DNA of 64,000 nucleotides, from the NCBI RefSeq assembly GCF_006345805.1, contig NC_042998.1, positions 76,012,001-76,076,000 of the forward strand. Direction: 5' to 3'. Origin of the DNA: Octopus sinensis (taxonomy: Eukaryota). Numbering within the stretch: position 1 is the stretch's first letter; the number at the start of each line of letters is the position of its first letter. Made by a program: the position numbers and the translations under genes. Shown one piece after another: positions 52,660-64,000 of the stretch. The notes under the pieces were generated by a model, which was not told the DNA's origin, did not search any database, and was given only the letters and a program-made list of their open reading frames with translations.

Positions 52660-53369
52660 ATAAGATTAACCATCTCTTTCTGGTTTCTTCAATATCCATA
52701 TTAACCTTACTAACCTTTCCCATTAATCATTAATTTTAAACTATAAACTAATGGCATCCTATAAAATTGCGCCCTTTGTCAGTGAGAATTCACTGTCTAG
52801 AAACATAATCATAGTTATGAATTAACTACTAGGAATTAAATGCAAATGCTATAAATATTACAAGCATCAATTTGAGATAAAAGACCATGACATCAATTAT
52901 ACTCATTGGTAGTAGAATAGCCTATCCCACTAATACTGAGTGACTAATGAATTATTTTCTAGTGACATAAATACAATTAACAGTTCCTAATTTTAAAATT
53001 GTAAATTACTGCTGTTCTGTTGTGTAATCAATAATACTGTTACTCGGCAAGAGATATAAAAACTATACAGAAGCCCATCAAACAGTTTTTTTTTTGTCAT
53101 AGATGAGGCAGTCAGGCACCTTGTTTTATACACCTGCTTGGTCCTTGGGTCCCTTTAGAGAAGTCCATTCGTTTGCAAGTATCCAGATCAAGCCTATAAT
53201 GGAATGGAAGTTTTATGATACTCCACAGGTATCATAAACCTTCCATTCCATTTTTGTTGTTTCAAAGATCTGGAACATGAAGAAGTTCACAAGTGGAGTA
53301 CAATTCAATAGCTGTTTATTTACAGAGTTCTCATTCATGTGGTTCACTCTGAGTGACCATCTATATATC

Positions 53370-53598
53370 TATTTCTTTACTACCCACAAGGGGCTAAACA
53401 CAGAGAGTACAAACAAGGACAGACAAACGAATTAAGTCGATTATATCGACCCCAGTGCGTAACTGGTACTTAATTTATCGACCCCGAAAGGATGAAAGGC
53501 AAAGTCGATCTCGGTGGAATTTGAACTCAGAACGTAGCGGCAGACGAAATACTGCTAAGCATTTTGGCCGGCGTGCTAACATTTCTGCCAGCTCGCCG
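53370..53598 (-). mobile_element. Young tRNA-derived SINE, 13-bp TSD
   Basis: CCATCTATATATC occurs at 53357-53369 and 53599-53611. CpGs are intact. Confidence 0.9.
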
Positions 53599-56500
53599 CC
53601 ATCTATATATCAGCGCATGGTTTGTCTTAACTCTGTACACGTGAGGGTCATTACCTCTGGAGATAAGCATGTGGAGTCAGAGCGGGACAAGAGTCCACTG
53701 TGAGCTGCTGACTATGCAGTATTTCTCAGCATACGCATGAGAAGGAGTGAGAGAGTGAATGTCATCATTTCTTGTTTAAATATTGGTTGCCAGTGAGAAT
53801 CGCATTGTCGTCTTGCGCATGGCAAATAGTTGCAGGTGAGATCTCGTCCTTGTCTCACACATGGCAATGGCTACCAGCGAGATCTCATTCAAAATGGTAC
53901 TGCCTTCTTGTGCCTCACTACAAGCCTATGGTTTGATGATAATGTTCTCCCAGTAGTCTCAGAGGGTGGCCAAGGTAAAAATAATGTCTACGGTGCTGCA
54001 CTTACTCTTCTAAGGCAGTGATGAATGGGAATTGAGGGAAACATAAGAAGCAAAAGCAGTTTCTCGGAAATAACTGGTAACAGGGTGGCTAATAGAAACA
54101 TTCACTATAAAGAGCACAACATATCATGGTTAAGGAAAAAGTATGATGAACTACATCACGCTTATCATCATAGAATGTATCTTCTAGAAAATTAGTCAAG
54201 CAGAAGCTTCTTACTACACTCCTGGGAGATATTGAACTTACAACTGTAACTTAGCTGTATTAAACATTTTGTTGTGGTCTACAGCTAGGGCTAACAAAAT
54301 TGTTATCAGACTATTCCAGGTATTTACAGTTATCGGTTGGGTCTACATGGTGATTGGGTATATTTACAAATAGAAGCAAGTTTATTTATAGAGAAGACTA
54401 AACTTTTTAGTCAAAAGGCTCTTCACCAACTTTGTACAATCTTCCTACCTTTTAGCTACCACCCAAGATGGTTCTTTTAGCAGTACTCCCACTTCAAAAG
54501 CTTCTAAACAGGTTAACCACTTTATCTTGGATTCCACAGGGCACACAACAGTAATTCCAAACTCTCTTCCTTGTATGGACAGTGCCCTTTGAATACTTTC
54601 ACCCAACAAAGCAACTTTTTTAGATGTGCTCATTCCATCATCCTCAAACAGTAGGTTGCAGAACTAATCCTTACCTTCTCTGAATTCTTTAATTTCTCTG
54701 TATTCCTCAACAGAACTCTATTCTAATCTTTTGGAAACATACTACAGTGTATATCTCATCTACTTACTCCCTTTCAGCATGGTACTGGGGTTCTGTCTTC
54801 TTTCCTACTTACTAAAACTTTAGTCTTTGCTAAGTTCTCCTTGGGGTCTCTTGATTTTAAACCCTGCTTCCACATCTGGAATTTCTGTAATTCTACTGCA
54901 ACTAGGTCACTTGTTAGTAAGAGGTCCTGTTGTCAATCAATCTCAATCTTTTCTGTTATAGTCAGGAGGAGTATGATAAACAGAAGGTAGCTGAGAAGTG
55001 AGTCTTGGTAGACCCCTGCTTTTATATTAAATGTATTGCTATATTCATTTCTGTCATCTTGCAGATCACTCTTTCATATATGTCTTGTACAGCTCTCACA
55101 AGTTATCTACCCCAAGCTTCCTTAGTGACTATGAGATTAAAGAACAAGGAACTCTGTTAAAGAGTTTCTGTTGGATTTGAGATCCAAATGTTACTGGATG
55201 TCTCATCCCCACTAAAAAAAAAACTTTCTGACTTTACTAACTATAGACCTTTAAGTCTCACTTCCAAAATCTCAAAGCTAATAGAAACAATTGAAAACAA
55301 CGTGAATAAGCTTAAAACTGTGTGTGAACAAACATGCTAGTTTTGGATAATTTTTATTGATTTTCTTGACGTCATTGACTTCATCTATATTTCTAATTTG
55401 TTTCACATGACCTCGTTTTAATTACAATTTAAATGAGCCCAAACATAATAGGAATTTATTTTTAGGAATATTTAATAGTTGCATTAACTGGTTAAAAATC
55501 TTAGATCTAAGAAAGTTAAGGTTCATAACTGATCCCATATCTTCTAAAAGGATTGGATAAAATCAAACAAGTTTTGGGGTTTTACTTTTGTTTTGATAAT
55601 TCTTGGTATTGGTTTTACAAAAGTTAATAATTGGAATTATTATTGATCAATTCATTTACACCTATGTTAAAACATTGGAAACAATGAAAATGTTGAGTCA
55701 CTGAGTCCAATGGCCCTTGACATTCTGATCTCCTTTAACAGTAAAAAGAATCATTGCATATGTAAAAAAAAAATTAAAAAAAGATATTGTATCTCACAAA
55801 TGTAAATAACATACAACTAGAACCTTCATGATCTTTTCAAATACAGTCATTGAAGATTTCTCCCAGTGAACACACATCTTCAACAAGGTAAAAAAGGTAA
55901 AAGAAATACTGCCCTTCCTTTTTGGAGAGATAAAACACTTCATCCATATTCAACTACTAACCATCTACAAAATAAAAAAAGAAAAAAATTGGACACATTA
56001 TGGAGTATCCCCTCTATCACATGTATTTGGCGGGGGTGTGTGTGTGCTATATACAGACAAACATCTCAAACTGCTTCCTGCCACATACACGCTGCCCTCT
56101 ATCTTTGCTCTGTTCAGGCAATCCTAACTCACTAGTCAATCCATCTTTCAATACCTATATTTTTATTCCCCCATCCAGACCCTGAACTAATCACAATGCC
56201 CACTTTTTCCTTCTCAGAATGTCAACCCTCTAGAATTTCTTTTCTGTAGTTGATATGTAACAGTTCAAGAAGAATATTAACAGCATCAATCCTAGGAGAT
56301 CTCTGATAATCATGGGTACAGGTCCAGCCTCCCTGGCAGCAGCTAAGTTTATAACATCAACTCCAGTGTTCATTGTGAGGGATGAAGGACTAAGTTGAAT
56401 TCAGAATGTAAAGAGCCTGAACAAAAACCACAAAACATTGTATCTGATGTTCTACTAACTCTGCCAATCCGCCACCTAGACCAAAAAAAAGAAAAAAGCC

Positions 56501-57987
56501 ACTTACAAAAGAAGTTAGATTATTTCAAATAAGTTTTTAACTGACACAAAATCAAAATTATATTTTTAAAATTATTTCAGTTGGTAAAGTAAATCCAGCT
56601 AAAAAAAATTTTGTAATGTACTTCAATAATTCCATAAACTTTTAGGAGTAAATGAAAGATCCCCCCAAAAGTCAAACATTTGCTTGATTTGTTAGGTTTT
56701 TGTTGTTTTCCCAAACGAGTAAATTGTTATGGTGTACTGTGGATGTGTTGGCAGTAAAACAAATGACTTAGAATGTATAATTTGTTTCGTTCCTCTATCA
56801 TTTATGGCATTTAAATGAATTGTGACATTTTCCTAGCCAAAATTCTGCCTTTTTTTTTTTTTTTGTGCTGTTACCAGATTAAAAAAATATATTTAAAGAA
56901 AAACTTCAGAAGTTATGAAATTATTCAGAAAGAATTTGTTCGATTCTCAACATCAATGTTGAGTAACAAACTTCAGTATTACTTTTAGCCTTTCTCCCGA
57001 GTAATTTTTCCCCATTAAGAAACATTGATGTTCAGAGACATTAACAAAAGCTAGCAACACAGTTGTTTGACTAAGATTTTACAGCACTCACACATCACTG
57101 TAAAGTTTTTCTAAGTGTCATATTACTCTAAACTTCCGGGTTTTCTTTCGGTATCATGACACTGACAAACAATAATTTTACATGCAAGCAGTAGTCAGTT
57201 AAGGTCACGAAACCTCTCCCCTCTACACGTTGCAGCTTTAAGTTTGAAGCAGCTCTAACAACTGACTAATTTCTTTCTCGTCTTTTCAACAGTATTACCG
57301 CTGATTTGCAGTCACATTAAACAGACTAATAGCAAGTAGCTCTAGTGGCACTGTAAAGTCAGTCCACATTCCCCTTTCCGTTTTCTGCCGATACTTAACA
57401 CTATTTACACGAAATAATAAATAAATAAAGTGAAAGACAACTGTAGGTTGAGGAAGGAGTGTGAGTGAAACTATGAGAATGACTAGGTCACTTCCTTCTA
57501 CTGATGTCAGTCATATTAATATCAAGTCTTTAACTCTTCTTGTTTCTTTCTCTAGCAATCTGTAACGTTGCACAATCAAAATAAGAGAAATTCATTTATT
57601 TTCTTTATACATTTTCGTAAAAATATTGGTGTCGCGCCTCTGAAGGTTTACCACTGAAATCCTCTGCTTGTACTTCTCGTTTTTGTCTCCCTTACATTCG
57701 GCGATAACACACTCCTTCCTGCCTCCTCACCATTTATTATATTAAAAATCTCTTACCATCCTTTAACGGAAAGGAGTGGGCACGATAAACCAAGTGTGAA
57801 GACAACCTCTCGTCGCCATCACCTCGTTCCGTCTGCCTTAAAATAACTTGTCTATTGATGAGAGTTTAATTCCATTGTTAATTAAGTTAGTCTTCCTCTT
57901 GCTACCAGGGTCTTTTTTTTTTTTGGCTTTTCATATTTTCTTGTTCCAACAATCGGATTTCAGCCGTTTTCTACTTCGGACAGCAAT

Positions 57988-58074
57988 ATGGATGTTATCG
58001 AAGCAATAGGAAAGCATGATTTCCACGCGTCGTCCCCGGATGAACTGAGTTTCAAACGAGGAGATTATCTCCAG
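57988..58074 (+). CDS. GRB2/Drk-like adaptor, first coding exon (start of the N-terminal SH3); not in the ORF track
   Basis: [29 protein letters not shown]|GTAGG versus GRB2 [26 protein letters not shown]. Phase-0 intron at the equivalent position. Lies in a CpG-retaining zone. Confidence 0.85.
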
Positions 58075-60779
58075 GTAGGACAATAATCGGTGATTTTTTT
58101 TTTATTATGTTCATGGCTAAATGACTGTTATGTATCTGTTTGTCCTCGATTTAGAAATCCATTAAACCTACCTCTATATTACAAACAACCATTGTATTGT
58201 TCATGTCTTTATATTGCTTCTAAACAGAACACACGTAAATATAATACAATGTAATATAATATAGTATCGTCATTTGTTAAATTCACAAATCATAAACAGG
58301 TTGCGTGTGTCATAAAACAACATTACCACGCTCATCAATAAACAAGGTGCCCCGTCTTAAAAATAAACATTGATCACCTTCCTGTATCTACGCGAAATAT
58401 TGACGAAGCATTTTTGCAGTCGTAAATTACAATAAAATAGAAAGAAATTATATTCTTATTATCACGGTTGTGTTGCTGGAGACTGGGTGTTTGAGTAAAT
58501 ACACAGGAATTGGATATTATAGTGTCTTCGAGAAAATAGAATAATGATATTTAAGACAAAATAATTTCATGTAGAACTTGTGTATGTGTGTGTGTGTATA
58601 TATATATATATATAAACAGTAGGTTGTAAAGTCTTACGATAAATTATAATTGGAAATTAATTTTAAATTTCTTATTGTTTTATAGGTGCACGTAAATTAT
58701 TTCTGATAGACTAATATGACGATATATTTCCTATAGCAACCAAATGTATTCGGTTTCTGTTTCCTAGTTGCTACAAGTAAAATATTTCAGACACTTATTC
58801 AGTAGGCGAAAAGGCTGTGGAAAGATGATATCTTGTTGAGTGTATTTCATGATTTTTCTCTCTGTAGGTGTTCCTTCCTCCGTATTTAGGTATATTTCGA
58901 ATTATCTTATTCTCTAGTAAGATATTCAAAACCAGGCAGATGTCCTAAATTATCCCACTCTGCTCTTATTAACAACTTAATGTTATATTTAAGCCTCATA
59001 ATATTTATTCCACTTATCATCTACATTCCACCATTATACCATGTATCGGTCTCTTATTTCGTATTGTAATAGTTTCTAGAAAGAATTGTTAAATTTAATT
59101 AACCAAATGGCGAATGTGTTATGATGGAAAAACCCAGACCTGTTGGCTCCACAGGAAATACAACAACATAATAAATTTTGACATGGAACACGCAGAATAT
59201 AAGGGCAATGCATTCTTAACTTTCAGATCCATGGAGATTTCCATCCAGTTCCATCATCCACGTGGAATTTGTCCAATTATACAACCTAGTTTCACTATTT
59301 TCCCTTATATAATATTACATTATATCCGCATTATTTTGTTATAGAACTTATTGATTTGTATAATCTTATGAAGAACAGTATTTCTGTGTACCATGTTCTT
59401 GTCATGATGTCTGTTATTTTCATTCTACCATCCCTACAGGAACCAAAAAACATCTTCCTTACCAGCCATTCGTCGTAACTATGTTAAAGTAAAACCCCTG
59501 GATAGATTCTTCAACAGTTTAATTATTCCAGTTTTGACATACTTTTACACATTTTATAACGCAACTTTTAAGTACACCGGTAACTTGAATTTTTTACATT
59601 TCGAAATAACAGAAATGATATTTCTATGTCTTTTACAGCCTTAGATATCATTTTTATATATTCCACTTGTTGTCGACTTCAACAGTATCGGATACCTTTA
59701 TGATATATAACAATAGATACTCAAGAAAAATAGGAGTCAGTCTTCCTCATTCCTAGTTTTCTGTTTGTGATACTAAAGTTGTCAGATTTTAAAGATTTTT
59801 ACTTGTGTTGTTAGGGAATTGGTAGTTTTCAGGAATATCTGGCAGACGTTATTTGGGTAGAAATGCATTGGTTTTGAAAGTTTAGTTTATTTCCTTTCCA
59901 CAAATTCAGACTGTAATCGTGAGTCAATGCAATCTTTGTAATGTCAAAAAGAACATTTGTTATATCTCTTTCAATTGTGGATCGCATAATTTACACTAGA
60001 TTTTACCAATTTCCATATATTTATTAATTTAGATGCACCTTTCAAACAAGAAGATTCAAATATTAATTGCACAAAAATTTGCACTAATGTTAAATGTAAT
60101 GTAATCTTTATTGGCTATTGAAATATATTTTGTAACAAAGGTTCCTGTAAATATTGAGGGTTAACTGTTAGTGAACTTTACAATAATAATGGTTAATTTT
60201 TTCATTTTCTGCTGCTAAAATATTCCACTTGGTTGGTGAAACTTCAGTTACCCTTTTAATTTGAGTTGGTTCATACGATGATGTTAACGTAAACAGAGAT
60301 TTTCCTGTAGAAAACCTATAAAAATGCTCTGTAATAGATTAAATTTCTTAAACTCATAACATCTCACTGAATACATATTTGAGATGTTTTCTAATTTGAA
60401 TTTTCACCCTTTGGAGCTTATCAAATTTTACACATGCTCAAAGATACAAGATTTTAAATTTATCCTTGCACCGAAATTCTTAACTGATTTTCTGTCTGTT
60501 TGGAGTGCTGGTATTTGTTAAATGGCAAAAGAAATTTTAACTTCCAACCTCTCGTCAACATATTACTGGTCAAGCTCTTTCTCACAGTACGCACACACAC
60601 ACACACCCTCCTTTATTGGAGGAAACAGTGAAGTGCTGGTTTAGATATGTAATTTCATCATTCTCTGTTCTCAATACAAATCCTGTTCAATCTATATATT
60701 GCAGCATTTTATATTTCCATGTCTCCATAAGTTTGTAGTGTTGTGGAAGTTAAAACACTGGAGTGGTATAGATATGGGA

Positions 60780-61174
60780 TTAAATGCTATGTGATTAGTA
60801 TTTGTGTTCTGAGTTCAAATCCTGCTGAGGTTAGGAATGGTACTAGGGCCACCTTTCATCAGCTAACATTAATTAAAATAAATACCAATTATGTATTGGT
60901 CTCAATTTAGTTGATCCTTCTCTGCAAATTTGTGGTGCTAAGCTTATTATTATTATTATTATGAAGGTGGTGAGTTGTCAGAATCATTAGCACTAAGCAA
61001 AACGTTTCATGGCATTTTGTCTGTCTTCACATTCTGAATTCAAATTCCACCAAGATTGGTTTTGCCTTTTATTCTTTTGGGGTTGATAAAATAAGTACCT
61101 GTTGAACACTGGGGTCAATCTAATCGACTTAACCCCTCCCCCAAAATTACTGGCTTTGTGCCAAAATTTCAAGC

Positions 61175-61223
<49 letters not shown>

Positions 61224-62325
61224 GGCAAGCTGGCAAACTTTATGCTAGACAAAATGCTTAGCAACATTCCATCTGTCTTTATGTCCTGAGTTCAAATGCT
61301 ACCAAGGTCAACTTTGCTTTCATCCTTTCAGATTTGATAAAATAAGTACCAAGTGCTGAGGGTTGATGAAAGAATTATCATCAGGTGAGTTGGCAGGCTC
61401 ATTAGCACACTGGACAAAATGGTGAATGGTATTTCTTCTGGCTCCTGACATTCTGAGTTCAAATTCCACTAAGGTTGACTTTACCTTTCAACCTTTTGGA
61501 GGTCTATAAAGCAAGTACCAGTCGAGCACTGGGGTTGATGTAATTAGCTAACTCTGTCCCTCAAAAATTTCAGGCCTTGTACCTACAGTAGAATGGATTA
61601 TTATTATTAAAGATGATGAACTGGCAGAAATGTTAGCACATGGGGCAAAATACTTACCAGTATTTCATCTGTCTTTATGTTCTGAGTTCAAATTCTGCCG
61701 AGGTCTACTTTGCCTTTCATCTTTTCAGGGTCAATAAATTAAGTACCAGTTGCATAATGAGGTCGATTTAATCGACTTACCCCCCCCACCCCCCAAAAAA
61801 TGTCGGGCCTTCTGCTTAGAGTAGAAAAGATTATAATTATTATATAATGTGGTGAGCTGGTAGAATCGTTAGCACGTCAGGCAAGATGCTTAGCAGTATT
61901 TCATCTGCTGCTACATTCTGAGTTCAAATTCTGCAGAGATCAACTTCACCTTTCATCCTTTCAGGGTCAATAAATTAAGTACTAATTGCATACTGGGGTC
62001 AATGTAATTGACTTAATCCCTTCCCCCAAATTTGAGGCCTTGTGCATCCAGTAGAAAGGATTCATCATCATCATCATCATCATCATCATCGTTTATTATT
62101 ATTAGGCAGCATGCTGGCAGACTCATTAGCATACTAGAAAAAGTGTTTAGTAACATTTCTTCCAGCTTTACATTCTGAGTTCAAATGCTGCTGGGGTTGA
62201 ATTTGCCTTTCACCCTTTTAGGGTCGATAAAATATGCACCCATCAAACACTGGTGTTGATGTAATTGACTAGCCCCTTCCCTCAAAATTTCAGGTTATGT
62301 GCCTATAGTAGACAGAATTATTATT
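60780..62325 (+). repeat. Head-to-tail array of about 7 SINE copies separated by (ATT)n/(CAT)n
   Basis: The TTCTGAGTTCAAATT...CCTTTCATCCTTT...AAGTACC unit recurs about every 160-260 bp. Starts are near 60780, 60963, 61224, 61383, 61609, 61846 and 62104. Confidence 0.9.
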
Positions 62326-62580
62326 GTCAGATTTAGGGTTATGGGTGAGTGTAGTACCTCCTTGTGAGACACCTCACCACCACCACCAGTTGATCATAAA
62401 CAATGCAAAAGTTGAAAGTGTTCAACTCTGTTTTCTCATATGGTAGATTGTTTAGGTCTCACTTCCATCTTCTAAACTTTATTTTTACAGCTTCTTGGAT
62501 CAAAAGGGTGTTAGAGAGACACACTTGAAGTACCAGAAGAAATACCTTGTGGTATTTCTCCTGGTGCTTCAACATTTTAA

Positions 62581-62861
62581 CCCTTTAACGTTTAAACAGG
62601 TCATAACCAGCCCAAATATACATCTGTTTTATGTTCAAACTGGTCAGATCTGATCTCTCACACCTATTCTACACTGGCATTCTGAAACTAGACAATCACA
62701 TCATCAAAATCTCAAAGCTCTGAGATAATGCATGATTATTTCAAAACAATATGAATAAATGGCGGTGCCCCAGCATGGCCACAGCTCATGAGCTGAAACT
62801 AGAATCAATCAATCAATCAAATAAATATTGCCTTTGACAGAGTACTCTGAATGCTAAAAGG
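62581..62861. mobile_element. piggyBac-like MITE with TTAA flanks
   Basis: TTAA|CCCTTTAACGTT ... AATGCTAAAAGG|TTAA, with a 60-bp nested insert at 62761-62820. Confidence 0.7.
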
Positions 62862-64000
62862 TTAATATTCTGAATTCAAACTGCTTTTCACCCTTTCAAA
62901 ATCAACAAAATGAAGTACCAGTCAGTTAATGGTATTTATTTTTATCAATTGTCTCCCTCAAATTTCTGGTTTTGTGTGTATGTAGAAACAATTATTAAAA
63001 CTGTAAATGGCTATATATAAATTGATGGACTTGTGTATGGGTGGGGATCACCAGCTGGTTACACGAGATGTTTAGTCAATATTGTGTTGGGTGACTTTTT
63101 AGGAATGTCTGTATATCCTTTATTCAAGTTTTTATTGATAACTGATTTGTTAAATCCAAAATTGGCCAAAAGCAGTGCTAAAGTATTCAGCTCTGTTTTT
63201 TCATGTTGATGTTTTATGCCCCACTGCTATACTGAACACATAAGCATAAACACATAAACATTATTTTTAGCTTTTTTTTTTTTAGACCAAAAATCCCAAT
63301 TACAATGTTCAATGGCTTTCACATGCAAAGGTCCACCATCACATTGATAATGTCTGCATATTAGCCTTATCCTTATATAGAACAGGTTAAGTTTTACAGT
63401 AAGGTAGCATTGGAAATTCAAAGAAACTGGTGATGGTCTGTTTTGTTAGTAACATTTAGGTTGAATTTGATAAGTTCAGTTGCTGTGAGGAGTTGAATTT
63501 AACATATCAGTCCTTAGCTTTTGTCTGAGAATGAGGAAGAAAGTGTTGTTGCTTGAAATGTGGGCAAGTAAATAATGGGGAGTGATAGGCAAATGCTAAA
63601 AGAAAGAGAGGGTGAGAAGTGTGTGAGGCAGGATATATGAAGAGGTAAGAAACTAAGAATTGGTGGAAGAAAAGAGAAAGAATGAATACCTCAAGTGAAG
63701 GTAAAATGGAAAGTTGGAATTCTTGTGAAGAACAAAGAAATAGTAAACAGAAGAAGCAGACAGAGCAATAGTGCCTAGCACCAATTTTGAATTATCTGTT
63801 TATTGGTCATCGAGAAAGAAGACATGTTGTGACTTGGAGCAGAACACTTTACATTATTTTAGCTTTGTACTGTTTTAGCCAGTTGTCTTTTTTTTAGTCT
63901 CTCACCCTTCATTTCTTTCAGAAGAGTATCTCTACTAGTTGCAGCCTGCTACTTATTGTAGAATCTTTTTCTTTATAGTTCCCTCTCATTTTCTTTGCAT

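Noticed and set aside
53095-53130. Hammerhead ribozyme-like GATGAG motif
   Set aside because: It lacks the complete CUGANGA/GAAA core and the required stems.
56500-57760. Minus-strand donor-like motifs (57756, 56506) suggesting a transcript divergent from the GRB2-like gene
   Set aside because: No ORF or matching acceptor supports it, and such motifs are expected by chance.

Overview
AT-rich, repeat-dense eukaryotic genomic DNA, most likely from an octopus or other coleoid cephalopod. That assignment is inferred from the RTE LINEs with (ATG)n tails, the tRNA-derived SINEs and the (TA)n/(AAT)n tracts. Three host genes are visible. (1) The first coding exon of PDE12 (minus strand, 8957-8056). 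(2) A complete GHITM/TMBIM5 CDS in 7 coding exons (plus strand, 26434-42201, 1020 nt, 339 aa), with splice phases that all join correctly. (3) The first coding exon of a GRB2/Drk-like SH3 adaptor (plus strand, 57988-58074). The rest is mostly mobile DNA: many RTE fragments, a CR1-type LINE, an R4/Dong-type RLE element in an (AAT)n tract, a full-length dead mariner, a fold-back mariner derivative, a Tc1 end, a non-autonomous Helitron carrying a LINE ORF1-like fragment, MITEs and several SINE families, including a head-to-tail SINE array. Most short ORFs in the track are microsatellite or decayed-TE artefacts. I see no clearly new multi-gene system. The best leads are a hidden Ig-like pseudogene, a pre-miRNA-like hairpin, the bidirectional Helitron end, the (AAT)n-centred retroposon stacking and dsRNA-forming inverted repeats in GHITM introns.
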